Assembly (NCBI GenBank): GCA_963755825.1
Contig: CAVWLA010000001.1
Span: 258,808 to 322,807, forward strand
Direction: 5' to 3'
Source of the DNA: an uncultured Acidobacteriota bacterium
Lineage (GTDB): Bacteria > Acidobacteriota > Thermoanaerobaculia > Multivoradales > UBA5704
DNA: 64,000 nucleotides
The position numbers and the translations under genes were made by a program. Positions 29,315 to 39,741 of the stretch are shown piece after piece. The notes beneath the pieces were generated by a model. The model had not been told where the DNA came from and made no database searches. It saw only the letters and a program-made list of their open reading frames with translations. Numbering within the stretch: position 1 is the stretch's first letter; every line of letters begins with the position of its first letter.

Positions 29315-30625
29315 TCAGGGTCGCTGCTTCCGCGCCGGCGGCGGCTTCGGCTGCCGGTAGGGCGGGAAGGTGAGCAATCGGATGTACCCGGCGAAGACGT
29401 TGTCGGTGTTCTCCGGGTGATAGGTGGCCCAGGTGATGACGCCCTGACCGGAGTCATTGACGTCAAAGTGGTAGTTTTCGGCTGCAAGAAAGTCGGTTGT
29501 GATCAAGAGAGGCGGCGCAGCTTGGCGTGTGTTGGGGTCGAATCGGCTGACGTAAATGCTGGTGTCCCCCGACGGCTCTGCGACGCCCCAGGTGAGGGCG
29601 AAGGTCCCGTCGGCCAAGCCGCGCGCCTGTCCTTGCAGGAAGCCAGAGGGTGGCGCCTGACCCAACTCGAGCGCATCTGTGAGCGGTGCGCCGAGTTGGT
29701 CGAAGAGACGAACATACAGCGCATAGAGATGAGCTTGTTCGGGCACCGCCCAGATAAGCAGAAACCTGCCATCCGGCGCGATGCCAACTCCGACGCCGCC
29801 ATCACGAATTCCGAACGCGCCTTCGGCCTGAGCCACATTCTGTGAGAGCAGAGGCGTCTGCGGTTGTCCGGCTCCTGTAAAAATTTGGAAACCCAGCGGG
29901 CAGGGCCTTGGTGGGACGAAGCTTCTTGCGCAACGCGAGTAGAGAACGATGAAGCGACCTTGGCCATTGATCGCCGCGTCGTCGAAATAGAGCCGGCTGG
30001 GATTCGTGGCGAGTGCGACGGGCACGCCGAGCGGCTTTGTATCGAAGTCAAAAACCTGGATGCTCGGTTGTCGGAATGGGTCTCCATTCGGATAGGCGCC
30101 ATCCAGGCGGAACATCACCGGCAGGAACAATGGATCCAATCCGCCGCTCCACCGATAGTAGAGCTGGTAGTACTCGATGTCCGAATTGGGCCAAGTGAAT
30201 GAGCTCTTCAGAATGTTGTCTTGGCGATCGAGGAGAACTGCGGCGCTGGTCTTCGCTAGATAGTGTTGCCAGGTTACCAGGTAGTGGTCACCGAGCGGCA
30301 CGATGCCGCCTGTGTCCACCGGCCGACCCGCCTCAGGCACGAAGAGGTTACCGAGCAAAGCGCCATCGGGAGCGTAGCTCTGGACCTCGAACTGTGGATA
30401 TCCGTCGGTCCCAGGAGGCACGATCGTCGCTGTTCCAGAGAGGGCGAAGCCGCCATCGGCGAGAAGGGCCACGCTCTGGTAGTAGTGGCTGGCAAGAAAC
30501 GGAACATTGAGGACTGGCTCCGCGTGGACGACGTCGTTGCTCGCCGCGCTGAGGTTGTGAGCCAGCAAGGCCACGCACGCCGCGGCCACGAGGGACCTCC
30601 GACTGTGAGCACGATCGATCTTCAA
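29315..30625 (-). CDS. Secreted hypothetical protein (436 aa)
   Basis: Signal peptide and moderate GC. No motif recognised. Pro-rich C-terminus. Confidence 0.4.
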   Translation of the reverse strand: MKIDRAHSRRSLVAAACVALLAHNLSAASNDVVHAEPVLNVPFLASHYYQSVALLADGGFALSGTATIVPPGTDGYPQFEVQSYAPDGALLGNLFVPEAGRPVDTGGIVPLGDHYLVTWQHYLAKTSAAVLLDRQDNILKSSFTWPNSDIEYYQLYYRWSGGLDPLFLPVMFRLDGAYPNGDPFRQPSIQVFDFDTKPLGVPVALATNPSRLYFDDAAINGQGRFIVLYSRCARSFVPPRPCPLGFQIFTGAGQPQTPLLSQNVAQAEGAFGIRDGGVGVGIAPDGRFLLIWAVPEQAHLYALYVRLFDQLGAPLTDALELGQAPPSGFLQGQARGLADGTFALTWGVAEPSGDTSIYVSRFDPNTRQAAPPLLITTDFLAAENYHFDVNDSGQGVITWATYHPENTDNVFAGYIRLLTFPPYRQPKPPPARKQRP

Positions 30626-30637
30626 CTTTGACTACTC

Positions 30638-32266
30638 CTATTGGCAGCTGCTCTGGAAGTAGCTCAAGAGCACCGCGATGTCGTCCCTGTAGAACGGGGG
30701 AGCCGGGGCGGAATACAACGTATTTGCCAGGAGCTGGGAAAAAGAGCTCGACCACACGGCTCCTGTCTTGGGATCGGACCATTGCAGCTTCCAGCAACCG
30801 CCGACCGTGACGCGAAATTGGAGGCCTGTCTGATATCCGGTGGTGGATCCGTTGCCGCAAGAGAATTCGTGGTATCCGTCATTTTTGGGCGGCCCGTTAA
30901 GCACCTGGCTCATTGGCAGGGCGTGATGGATATAGAGTGCGTAGTTGTAGGTGGATGCCATGGTCGACCAATACGCATTTGCGTTCTGTGTGAAGCAGGT
31001 CCCTCGGTCGATCATCCCCCACGCCGGCACTCCCGCGCACCAGTCGCTGGCGCCGTTGCAGCTCGCCTGCTGCACGGCGGTGAGGTCGATCGGCGTGGTG
31101 CTCACGATCCCCGGCTTGAGGAAGCTGTAGAGCACGCCGAGCTGCGTCGCGGCGTCCTGGCTGCTCTGCACGCTGCGGTCGTAGCTGTAGCCGGCGAAGA
31201 GGCCGCCGGTGTACATGGCGAACTCCCAGGCCTCGGCGCGCACGTCGTCCGCCGTCCTGAAGTTGTAGTTGAGATTGGGGATGGCCTGGCCTTCGTCGAA
31301 GCCGATGCCGAGGCCGGCGCGTTGGCCGGCGATCGAGGCGTCGCGGAAGACGGCGATGGCGCCGTCGACGCCGGGGTTGTTGATCTCGGTGTAATGCGCG
31401 CTCTCCAGCTTGACGCCGGGCACCTGCCAGCCGAACGACGGCGCCATGTGGCCGTTGATCATCACCAGGTGGCTGGCGTCGTTCGCCTGGATGGTGGCGA
31501 GCATCGCGGTCTGCCAGTCGATCACTTGGCCGGCGGTAGCCATTGAGGTGTTGAGGTCGGGCTCGTTGGCGATCTCCCAGATGAGGTTGGGATATTTCTT
31601 CAGCTGGTTGACGACCGCCGCGACCGCCGCCTTCTGTGCGCTCCGCGCCGTGATGTTCTGCGCCACGGTATCCGTCTTGTGGACGGGATCGTCGAAGCTC
31701 GCGAAGTACTTCTGCGCCGTGAAGCCCTGGCCGGAGACCGTGTTGGCGGGATTGAACGGGCTCGTCGACCAGTTGCCGTCCCACGGATCGAGGAGGGTCA
31801 GCTCGACGATGATGCCCTTGTTGTAGGCGTCGCAGAGGACCCTGTCGAGATTGCCGAGGTTGACGGTGTCGAGCTGGCCGAGATTCCACTTGCCCGCGAC
31901 ATAGACGAAGGGCTGCTCGTTGGCGAAGGGCGCCCCGTAGGCTCCCATCCCCGGGCTGTGGTTGAGGATGCTGTAGTTGCGGACGAGGTTGTTCTTGTCG
32001 GCCTGGAGGATCGAGAAGACGCTCGCAAAGGTGCTGAGAGCGCAGTACTGCGCCGCCCGCTGCGGCTGCGCGATGTGGCAGAGGTACTCGTACGACATGC
32101 CAAGGAGCGGCAGGGTCGCTCCCTTGTAGGAGAAGTAGTGGTGGTTGCTGGTGAGCGCGACCGGCGCTCCGGTCGGTGAGCAGGTCTGGGCGCGAGCGGC
32201 GGCCGCGATCGACGCCGAGGCGATCAGAACGGCGACGAGCTGCCGGGACCGGCGGACGGCAGGCAT
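30638..32266 (-). CDS. Secreted putative glycoside hydrolase, GH5-like TIM-barrel
   Basis: Signal peptide MPAVRRSRQLVAVLIASASIAAAARA. LIWEIANEPD matches the GH5 catalytic acid/base NEP motif. Cys-rich C-terminal domain. Family assignment is tentative. Confidence 0.5.
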   Translation of the reverse strand: MPAVRRSRQLVAVLIASASIAAAARAQTCSPTGAPVALTSNHHYFSYKGATLPLLGMSYEYLCHIAQPQRAAQYCALSTFASVFSILQADKNNLVRNYSILNHSPGMGAYGAPFANEQPFVYVAGKWNLGQLDTVNLGNLDRVLCDAYNKGIIVELTLLDPWDGNWSTSPFNPANTVSGQGFTAQKYFASFDDPVHKTDTVAQNITARSAQKAAVAAVVNQLKKYPNLIWEIANEPDLNTSMATAGQVIDWQTAMLATIQANDASHLVMINGHMAPSFGWQVPGVKLESAHYTEINNPGVDGAIAVFRDASIAGQRAGLGIGFDEGQAIPNLNYNFRTADDVRAEAWEFAMYTGGLFAGYSYDRSVQSSQDAATQLGVLYSFLKPGIVSTTPIDLTAVQQASCNGASDWCAGVPAWGMIDRGTCFTQNANAYWSTMASTYNYALYIHHALPMSQVLNGPPKNDGYHEFSCGNGSTTGYQTGLQFRVTVGGCWKLQWSDPKTGAVWSSSFSQLLANTLYSAPAPPFYRDDIAVLLSYFQSSCQ

Positions 32267-32372
32267 GATCGAATCCCTCCGATGAGGATGAGCGCTCGCA
32301 TCGACTTCGCACCCACAGTAGCATCGAAACCACGGCGAGCCGCCGGGGGCCGTCTGCTACACTTCCGCGGCC

Positions 32373-33800
32373 ATGCCGGAGACCGTCCACCGCCCGCCGC
32401 CCGGTTCCCGGGTCGGCATGATCAGCCTGGGGTGCCCGAAGAATCTCGTCGACAGCGAGGTGATGCTGGGCGAGCTGGCGCGGCGGGGCTATGAGGTGGT
32501 GGCGGACCTGGGGTCGGCCGAGACGGTCATCGTCAACACCTGCGGCTTCATCGAGGAGGCGAAGCAGGAGTCGATCGACACCATCCTCGAGGTGGTGGGG
32601 CGCAAAGGGCACGGGGTCGAGCGGGTCCTCGTCGCCGGATGCATGGTCAACCGCTACGGCGAGGAGCTGGCGCGGGAGATCCCGGAGATCGACGGCTTCG
32701 TGGGGCTCGACCAGCTGCGCGAGGTGGGAGAGCTGGTCCAGCTCGGCGGCGGCCCGCCGCTGCCGGCGCCGTCGCATGTCGTCTTCGATCACACCGCGCC
32801 GCGCCTGCTCACCACCCGCGGCCACGCCTACCTGAAGGTCGCCGAGGGCTGCGACAACCCCTGTACCTTCTGCGCCATCCCGATCTGGCGCGGCCGCTTC
32901 CGCAGCCGCACCATGGCGAGCCTGGTCGACGAGGCGCGCCAGCTCGCCGCGGCCGGGGTGCGCGAGCTCTGCCTCATCGCCCAGGACACCACCCGCTACG
33001 GCGAGGACCTGGGCCTCGGCCGCCACGGGCTGCTGCGCCTCGTCGAGGCGCTCCTCGCCGGCACCGATCTCCCGTGGATCCGCTTCCTCTACGCCTATCC
33101 GACGACGCTCGACGAGGAGCTCCTGCGGCTGATGGGGAGCGAGCCGCGCTTCTGCTCCTATGTCGACATGCCGCTGCAGCACAGCCACGGTCAGCTGCTG
33201 GCGGCGATGCGGCGCGGCGGCGACGCCAAGCGCTACCTCCGCCTCCTCGACCGCGCCCGCGAGCTCGCCCCCGACATCTTCCTGCGCTCGACCTTCATCG
33301 TCGGCTTCCCCGGCGAGAGCGAGGAGCATTTCGCCGACCTCGTCGCCTTCGTCGAGCAGGCCCGCTTCGATCACCTCGGCGCCTTCGCCTTCAGCCCGGA
33401 GCCGGACACCCCGGCCGCCGCGCTCGCCGGCCGCGTCCCCAAGGGCGTCGCCCGCCGGCGCCTGAAGCGTCTCCTCGAGGCGCAGCGGCCGATCGCCATC
33501 GAGCGCCGGCAGCGCCTCGTCGGCCGCCGTCTGCAGGTGCTCATCGAGGGGGTCTGCGAGGAGAGCGAGCACCTCCTCCAGGGCCGCCACCAGGGGATGG
33601 CGCCGGACATCGACGGCCGGGTGCTGATCAACGACTGCGGGGCGGCGAGCTCCGACCTCGGGCTGGCCGAATCCACCGAGGCCGAGCCGGAGCGGCCGGA
33701 GCTCGATCTCGCCGCGGTGCCGGCCGGCACCCTCGCCTGGGTCGAGATCACCGAAGCCCACGCCAACGACCTCGTGGGCCGGCTGGTCGGCATCCTCTAG
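32373..33800 (+). CDS. rimO: Ribosomal protein S12 methylthiotransferase RimO (radical SAM MTTase)
   Basis: UPF0004 N-terminal cysteines (ISLGCPKN, NTCGF), radical SAM CxxxCxxC (AEGCDNPCTFCAIP) and a TRAM-like C-terminus. Confidence 0.85.
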   Translation: MPETVHRPPPGSRVGMISLGCPKNLVDSEVMLGELARRGYEVVADLGSAETVIVNTCGFIEEAKQESIDTILEVVGRKGHGVERVLVAGCMVNRYGEELAREIPEIDGFVGLDQLREVGELVQLGGGPPLPAPSHVVFDHTAPRLLTTRGHAYLKVAEGCDNPCTFCAIPIWRGRFRSRTMASLVDEARQLAAAGVRELCLIAQDTTRYGEDLGLGRHGLLRLVEALLAGTDLPWIRFLYAYPTTLDEELLRLMGSEPRFCSYVDMPLQHSHGQLLAAMRRGGDAKRYLRLLDRARELAPDIFLRSTFIVGFPGESEEHFADLVAFVEQARFDHLGAFAFSPEPDTPAAALAGRVPKGVARRRLKRLLEAQRPIAIERRQRLVGRRLQVLIEGVCEESEHLLQGRHQGMAPDIDGRVLINDCGAASSDLGLAESTEAEPERPELDLAAVPAGTLAWVEITEAHANDLVGRLVGIL

Positions 33801-33804
33801 ATCC

Positions 33805-34770
33805 ATGCTGGTCGTCCAGGACGCCTTCCATGCGAGCGACCTGCCGCGCGGCGGTGTCGGCGCGGTGGGCAATTTCGACGGCATCCACCGCGGCCAGCGC
33901 GCCCTCCTCGACCTCATGGTGGCGCGGGCGCGGGAGATCGGCGTGCCGGCGGTCGTCATCACCTTCGACCCGCACCCCGTCGCGGTGCTGCGGCCCGAGC
34001 AGGCGCCGCTGCCGCTCACCACCCTCGAGCAGCGCGAGAAGCTCCTCGACGAGGCGGGAGTCGACGTCGTCCTCGTCATCCGCTTCACCCCGGAGTTCGC
34101 GCGCACCCCGGCGCGCAACTTCGCCCGCGACTTCCTGCACGGCAAGCTCGACCTGCGCGAGGTCTACGTCGGCGCCTCCTTCCAGTTCGGCCACCGCCGG
34201 GAGGGCGACCTTCCCCTCCTCCGCGAGCTGGGGGCGAGCTTCGGCTTCGCCGCTTTCGGGGTCGAGGAGGTCAACCTCGGCGGCGAGCGGATCTCGAGCA
34301 CCCGCATCCGCCAGGCGCTCGCCGAGGGGAAGGTCGAGGACGCGCGCGAGATGCTCGGCCGGCCGTACGCGATCACCGGCATCGTCGCCCGCGGCGACCG
34401 CATGGGGCAGCGCCTGGGCTGGCCGACGATCAACCTGAAGCCCGAGAACCGGCTGATCCCGGCGGACGGCGTCTACGTCTCGCGCTGCTTCTTCCCCAGC
34501 TATCCGGCGAGCTTCGACGCGGTGACCAACATCGGCACCCGGCCGACCGTCTACGAGAACTACCAGCGGGTGGTGGAGAGCCACATCCTGGAGTTCAAGG
34601 CGGACGTCTACGGCGAGCGGGTGGAGCTGTCGTTCTGGAAGCGCCTGCGCGAGGAGCGCATCTTCCCCACCATGATGGACCTCGCGACGCAGATCGGGCG
34701 CGACGTCGAGGCCGCCCGCGAGTTCCTGCTCCGCCAACGGGCGGCGGCGGCGGTGGGGGAGGCGGACTAG
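33805..34770 (+). CDS. ribF: Bifunctional riboflavin kinase / FMN adenylyltransferase
   Basis: GNFDGIHRGH-like motif (GNFDGIHRGQ) in the N-terminal FAD synthetase domain. C-terminal riboflavin kinase motifs (PTINL, GVYV, GTRPT). Confidence 0.85.
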   Translation: MLVVQDAFHASDLPRGGVGAVGNFDGIHRGQRALLDLMVARAREIGVPAVVITFDPHPVAVLRPEQAPLPLTTLEQREKLLDEAGVDVVLVIRFTPEFARTPARNFARDFLHGKLDLREVYVGASFQFGHRREGDLPLLRELGASFGFAAFGVEEVNLGGERISSTRIRQALAEGKVEDAREMLGRPYAITGIVARGDRMGQRLGWPTINLKPENRLIPADGVYVSRCFFPSYPASFDAVTNIGTRPTVYENYQRVVESHILEFKADVYGERVELSFWKRLREERIFPTMMDLATQIGRDVEAAREFLLRQRAAAAVGEAD

Positions 34771-34962
34771 CGGCGGTGGGAATCCGCCCGGCGGCCGGCG
34801 CACGGACCACTCTTCGACCGCCCGCCCGGAGCGGGAGAGGGGGACCCGCGGGGCGCCTGGCCGGCGACCGCGGCGCGGCATTTTTGACCGGCGAAGATTG
34901 TTACGACGCGCATAGGGCGGCGGTATGCTGCCCGATCGGTATCGGGCGGTTCCGAGCCGCCC

Positions 34963-35316
34963 TTGCGAAGGGAGACCAGAGAGCCTATGTCCAACGACAA
35001 GATCGTCGCGGTGAAGGACGACACGTTCGAGAGCGAAGTGCTGAAGTCAGACGTCCCGGTCCTCGTCGACTTCTGGGCCGAGTGGTGCGGCCCCTGCCGG
35101 ATGGTGGCGCCGGTGCTCGACGAGCTGGCCGACGAGATGGACGGCAAGGTGCGGGTGGTCAAGCTGAACGTCGACGAGAACCAGCAGATCGCCTACCAGT
35201 TCCAGGTGCAGAGCATCCCGACCTTCATCCTGTTCAAGAACGGCCAGATGGCCGACCGCATGATGGGCGCCATGCCCAAGGCGGCCTTCCAGACCTTCAT
35301 CAACCGCAACCTCTGA
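34963..35316 (+). CDS. trxA: Thioredoxin
   Basis: 117 aa with WAEWCGPCR active site. AGGGAG RBS 9 nt upstream. Confidence 0.9.
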   Translation: MRRETREPMSNDKIVAVKDDTFESEVLKSDVPVLVDFWAEWCGPCRMVAPVLDELADEMDGKVRVVKLNVDENQQIAYQFQVQSIPTFILFKNGQMADRMMGAMPKAAFQTFINRNL

Positions 35317-35404
35317 GCGGCAGGCGGGGGACCGGCGCCGTCTCACCGGCGCCGGTCGGCAGGCCGCGTTCCCCGATGGAAAACATGGGCCGGGCGCCTG
35401 GCGG

Positions 35405-36634
35405 ATGATCGCTCCCGCGGCGCTCGCCGCCCTCGACCGCGATCTCGCCGAGCTCGGCTGCGGCGCGCTCCTGCTCCTCGCCGACTCCTCGCGCGACCCC
35501 GATCTCGCCCCCTTCGTCGGCCCGGCCCACCTCGGCAGCAGCTTCCTCGTCGCGCCGCGCGGCAGCGGGCCGTTCCTCGGCTTCCTGACCGCCATGGAGC
35601 GCGACGAGGCGGCGGCGACCGGCCTCGCCCTCCTCGAGCCGGCGGCACTCGAAGTGGGGAAGCGCCTGGAGGAGAGCCTTGCCGCTGCCGATTTCCTCGC
35701 CGCGGTCCTCGCCCGCGGCCTCGCCCTCGCCGGCGTGCCGCCGGGGCGCCTCGCCCTCGCCGGCCACGGCGCGGCGGGAGTCCTCTGGGGGGCCTGCTCG
35801 CGGCTCGCCGCCCACGGCTACACGCTGGCCGACGGCAACGAGCTCACCCTCGTCCTCCGCAAGACCAAGGGCCCGGCGGAGATCGCCGCCGCCCGCGCCG
35901 CGGCGCGGGGCACCGCGGCGGCTCTCCGCGAGGTCGCCCGCCTGCTGGCGGCGGCCGAGGTGCGGCGAAGCCCGCGGGCGGAGCTCTGGCTCGCCGGCGA
36001 GCGCCTGACGGTCGGCAGGCTGCGGGCGGCGGTGGCGCAGACGGTCGCCGCCCATGGCCTCGAGCAGCCGCAGGGCAACATCCTCGCCCCCGGCCGCGAC
36101 GCCGGGGTGCCCCACTCGACGGGCGACGACGCGCGCGTCCTCCGCGCGGGCGAGCCGCTGGTCGCCGACCTCTTCCCGCGCGGCGCCGTCTTCGCCGACT
36201 GCACGCGCACCTTCTGCGTCGGTCCGCCGCCCGAGCCGCTCCGCCGCGCCCACGCCGCCGTCCTGGACGCCCTCGCCGCCGCCCACCGCGAGGCGGTCGC
36301 CGGCGTCCGCGGCTTCGCCCTCCAGGAGTCCGCCTGCGCACGGCTGGGGGCGGCCGGCTATCCGACGCCCCTCTCCCACCCTGGCACCGCGACCGGCTAC
36401 GTCCACGGCCTCGGCCACGGCGTCGGCCACGAGCTCCACGAGTACCCGAGCTTCCGCCGCCACGCCGGTCGCGAGGGCGTGCTCGCCGCGGGCGACCTCT
36501 TCACCCTCGAGCCTGGTCTCTACGATCCGGCGGACGGGTGGGGGGTGCGGCTGGAGGACCTGGTGGTGCTCGGCGACGGTGGCCTCGAGAACCTCACCCC
36601 GCTGCCCTACGAGCTCGATCCGCGCGCCTGGTAG
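35405..36634 (+). CDS. M24-family metallopeptidase (Xaa-Pro aminopeptidase/creatinase-like)
   Basis: C-terminal pita-bread domain with metal ligand motifs [13 protein letters not shown] and LEPGLY. Confidence 0.8.
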   Translation: MIAPAALAALDRDLAELGCGALLLLADSSRDPDLAPFVGPAHLGSSFLVAPRGSGPFLGFLTAMERDEAAATGLALLEPAALEVGKRLEESLAAADFLAAVLARGLALAGVPPGRLALAGHGAAGVLWGACSRLAAHGYTLADGNELTLVLRKTKGPAEIAAARAAARGTAAALREVARLLAAAEVRRSPRAELWLAGERLTVGRLRAAVAQTVAAHGLEQPQGNILAPGRDAGVPHSTGDDARVLRAGEPLVADLFPRGAVFADCTRTFCVGPPPEPLRRAHAAVLDALAAAHREAVAGVRGFALQESACARLGAAGYPTPLSHPGTATGYVHGLGHGVGHELHEYPSFRRHAGREGVLAAGDLFTLEPGLYDPADGWGVRLEDLVVLGDGGLENLTPLPYELDPRAW

Positions 36635-36710
36635 GCGCCTCCGCCTCGAACCCGCCGCTCGCCCGGCCCGTAGGGGAACCAAACGGCGCCGCCGCGCCCT
36701 GGAGACCCTC

Positions 36711-39221
36711 ATGAGCCATTTGAGCCACCTGAGCCATCTGCTGCGTGACCTCCGCTACGCCCTGCGGGTGCTCGGCAAGAGCCCGGGGTTCACCGCCGTG
36801 GCGGTCTTGACGCTCGGTCTCGCCATCGGCGCCAATACGGCGATCTTCAGCATCGCCAACGCGCTGCTCTTGAAGCCGCTGCCCTTCCCGGCGCCCGAGC
36901 GGCTGCTGGCGGTGGTGCGCCACTATCCGGAGGGCGAGGGCTCGTCGATGTCGATCCCCCGCTTCCTCTACCTGCGCGACCACGCGCGGTCGTTCGACCA
37001 TGTGGCGACCTACGACCGGCTCGCCTCCGGCTTCAACCTGGCGGGCGACGGCAGGCCGGAGCGGATCATCGGCTCGCGGGTGTCGCGCGACTTCCTCGCC
37101 ACGCTGGCGGCGAAGCCGGAGCTCGGCCGCGATTTCCTCGCCGAAGAGGACCGCCCCGGCGCCCGCCGCGTCGTGCTCCTCTCGGACGCCCTCTTCCACC
37201 GCCGCTTCGGCGGCGACCGGCGGGTGCTCGGCCGCACCGCGCGGCTCAACGGCGAGATCTACACGGTCGTCGGCGTCATGCCGCCGGCCTTCCGCTTCCC
37301 CAGCCGCGCCGAGCTGTGGACGCCGCTGCAGATCGATCCGGCGAGCCAGGAGAAGGCCAACTATCTCGAGATCGTCGGCCGCCTGAAGGACGGCGTGACG
37401 GAGACCTCGGCGGCGGCCGAGATCGAGGTGATCGGACGCCGCTTCGGCGCCGAGCGGATCGCCGGCGAGACCCCCGACCCGCGGGTCAGCTGGCGGGTCA
37501 GGCCGCTCGCCGAGCAGCTCTACGGGCGCCTGCGGCCGGCCGTCCTCGTGCTCATGGCGGCGGTCGGCTGCGTCCTCCTCATCGCCTGCGTCAACATCGC
37601 CAACCTGCAGCTGGCGCGGGCCGCGGCGCGGCGGCGGGAGATCGCCATCCGCAGCGCGCTCGGCGCCGGCGGCCGGCGGATCGCGGCGCAGCTCCTCGCC
37701 GAGAGCCTCGTCCTCGGCCTGCTCGGCGGGGTCGCCGGCGCCGCCCTCGGCTTCGCCGGCCTCCAGGGGCTCCTCGCCCTGCGGCCGGCGGCGCTCGACG
37801 CGCTGCTGCCGCTCTCGGCGGTGGGGATCGACGGCAACGTGCTCGCCTTCACCCTGGGCGTCGCCGTCCTCGCCGGCCTCCTCTTCGGCCTCGCCCCGGC
37901 GCTCCAGGCCCTGCGCGGCGACCTCATCGACCCCTTGAAGGAGGGCTCGCAGCGGACGACCGGCGGCATCGGCGGCCTGCGCACCCGCCGCGCCCTGGTC
38001 ATCTCCGAGGTCGCCCTCGCCCTCGTGCTGCTGACCGGCGCCAGCCTGCTGGTCAAGAGCTTTACCGGCCTCCTCCGCATCCAGCCCGGCTTCGACACCG
38101 ACCACCTGCTGACCATGAAGCTGTCGATGCCCCTCTCGCGCTACGGCGACGCCGCGGCGCTCGACCGCTTCGCCCGCCAGCTGGTCGCCCGCGGGGAGGG
38201 CCTGCCGGGGGTGCGCGGCGTGGCGATCGCCACCTCGCTCCCCATGGAGATGGGGCCGGACATGCCCTTCATCATCGAGGGGCGCTGGAAGGGCGCCAAG
38301 GGCCCGGCGAACGCCGACGGCGAGCACGACGGCGAGGGCGGCGCGCAGTACCGCGCGGTGACGCCGGGCTTCTTCCCGGCGCTCGGCATCCCGCTCGTCG
38401 CCGGCCGCAACTTCGGCGACGCCGACGGCGCCGGCCGCGAGCTCGTCGTCATCGTCAACCAGACGCTCGCCAAGCGCTACTTCCCGCACCAGAGCCCGCT
38501 CGGCCAGCGCCTCCACATCGGCATGCCGGAGGTCCCCGAGCTCGGCGATCCGGCGCCGCGGACGATCGTCGGCGTGGTGCGCGACGTGCGCGAGCTGGGG
38601 CTCGACGAGAAACCGCCGGCGCTCACCTACGTGCCGCTCGGCCAGGTGGCGAAGCCGCTGGCGATCAAGCTCATCGACCTGCTGCCGATGGCGGTGGTGG
38701 CGCGGTCGTTCGGCGCTCCGGCGGCGCTCGCCCCCTCGCTCGAGCACGCCGTGTGGGCGATCGATGCCGAGCAGCCGGTCGCCGACGTCGAGACGCTCGA
38801 CGTCATCGTCGACCGCTCGCTCGGCCTGCAGCGCTTCGAGGCGGTGCTGCTGGGATTCCTCGCCGTCGCCGCCCTCATCCTCTCCGCGGTCGGCATCTAC
38901 GGCGTGCTCTCCTACCTCGTCACCCAGCGGACGCGGGAGATCGGCATCCGCATGGCTCTGGGCGCCAGCAGCGGCCACGTGCAGCGCTCGGTGCTCGGCT
39001 CCGGCCTCTGGGCGGTCGCGATCGGCATGGTCGTCGGCCTCGGCGGCTCGCTCGCCCTCACCCGCCTGCTGGCGGCGCTCCTCGTCGACGTCAACGCCCG
39101 CGATCCCGCCGCCTTCGGCCTCGCCGCGGCGGTGCTCACCGGCGTCGCCCTCCTCGCCGGCGGCGTCCCCGCCCGCCGCGCCAGCCGCATGGACCCACTC
39201 CGCGCGCTGCGGCAGGAGTGA
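36711..39221 (+). CDS. ADOP-family ABC transporter permease (Acidobacterial duplicated orphan permease; two MacB-like periplasmic domains and two FtsX domains)
   Basis: ORF 36054-39221 trimmed to ATG 36711 (GGAGA RBS). N-terminus [34 protein letters not shown] is the hallmark of TIGR03434-type ADOP proteins. Duplicated FtsX motifs [12 protein letters not shown] and [12 protein letters not shown]. The N-terminus begins [10 protein letters not shown] (triplicated 9 bp). Confidence 0.85.
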   Translation: MSHLSHLSHLLRDLRYALRVLGKSPGFTAVAVLTLGLAIGANTAIFSIANALLLKPLPFPAPERLLAVVRHYPEGEGSSMSIPRFLYLRDHARSFDHVATYDRLASGFNLAGDGRPERIIGSRVSRDFLATLAAKPELGRDFLAEEDRPGARRVVLLSDALFHRRFGGDRRVLGRTARLNGEIYTVVGVMPPAFRFPSRAELWTPLQIDPASQEKANYLEIVGRLKDGVTETSAAAEIEVIGRRFGAERIAGETPDPRVSWRVRPLAEQLYGRLRPAVLVLMAAVGCVLLIACVNIANLQLARAAARRREIAIRSALGAGGRRIAAQLLAESLVLGLLGGVAGAALGFAGLQGLLALRPAALDALLPLSAVGIDGNVLAFTLGVAVLAGLLFGLAPALQALRGDLIDPLKEGSQRTTGGIGGLRTRRALVISEVALALVLLTGASLLVKSFTGLLRIQPGFDTDHLLTMKLSMPLSRYGDAAALDRFARQLVARGEGLPGVRGVAIATSLPMEMGPDMPFIIEGRWKGAKGPANADGEHDGEGGAQYRAVTPGFFPALGIPLVAGRNFGDADGAGRELVVIVNQTLAKRYFPHQSPLGQRLHIGMPEVPELGDPAPRTIVGVVRDVRELGLDEKPPALTYVPLGQVAKPLAIKLIDLLPMAVVARSFGAPAALAPSLEHAVWAIDAEQPVADVETLDVIVDRSLGLQRFEAVLLGFLAVAALILSAVGIYGVLSYLVTQRTREIGIRMALGASSGHVQRSVLGSGLWAVAIGMVVGLGGSLALTRLLAALLVDVNARDPAAFGLAAAVLTGVALLAGGVPARRASRMDPLRALRQE

Positions 39222-39336
39222 GCGGAGACCCTCGATCCTCCCTCCGGCCTCGCGGCGCCGCGGCGCCCGAAGGCCGCGCTAAGATGCCGTCGAGTTGTAG
39301 CGCACGACGACGGCGCTCCGGCGCGGAGGAGGGGAC

Positions 39337-39741
39337 ATGGTCGCGGATTTCAAGAAGTTCCTGCTACAGACGAACGCGCTCGCCCTGGCGATCGGCGTCA
39401 TCATCGGGGCGGCGGTGGGCAAGGTCGTCACCTCGATGGTCGGCGACCTGCTGATGCCGGTGATCGGCCTCGTCCTCCCCGCCGGCGGCTGGCGGGACCT
39501 CAAGTGGGTGCTCTCCCTGAAGCCCGACGGCACGCCGGCCAACGCCATCGCCTACGGTGCCTTCCTCGGCAACGTCGTCGACTTCGTCATCATCGCCTTC
39601 GTCGTCTACCTGATCACCAAGGCGTTCCTCAAGCCGGCGCCCGCGGCGGCGGCGCCGAGCACCAAAGAGTGCCCCGAGTGCAAGGAGCTGATCCCGGCGG
39701 CGGCCCGCCGCTGCCGCGCCTGCACCAGCCAGGTCGCTTGA
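39337..39741 (+). CDS. mscL: Large-conductance mechanosensitive channel MscL with C-terminal CxxC...CxxC zinc-ribbon-like tail
   Basis: FKKFLLQTNALALAIGVIIGAAVGKVVTSMVGDLLMP and GAFLGNVVDFVIIAFVVY match the MscL TM1/TM2 consensus. The C-terminus KECPECKELIPAAARRCRAC replaces the usual helical bundle. Confidence 0.85.
   Translation: MVADFKKFLLQTNALALAIGVIIGAAVGKVVTSMVGDLLMPVIGLVLPAGGWRDLKWVLSLKPDGTPANAIAYGAFLGNVVDFVIIAFVVYLITKAFLKPAPAAAAPSTKECPECKELIPAAARRCRACTSQVA

Noticed and set aside
34880-34930. Sigma70-like promoter upstream of trxA (TTGACC and TATGCT-like hexamers)
   Set aside because: Hexamer spacing (34 nt, or 19 nt for alternatives) does not fit. Promoter consensus in this high-GC lineage is unknown, so it was not called.
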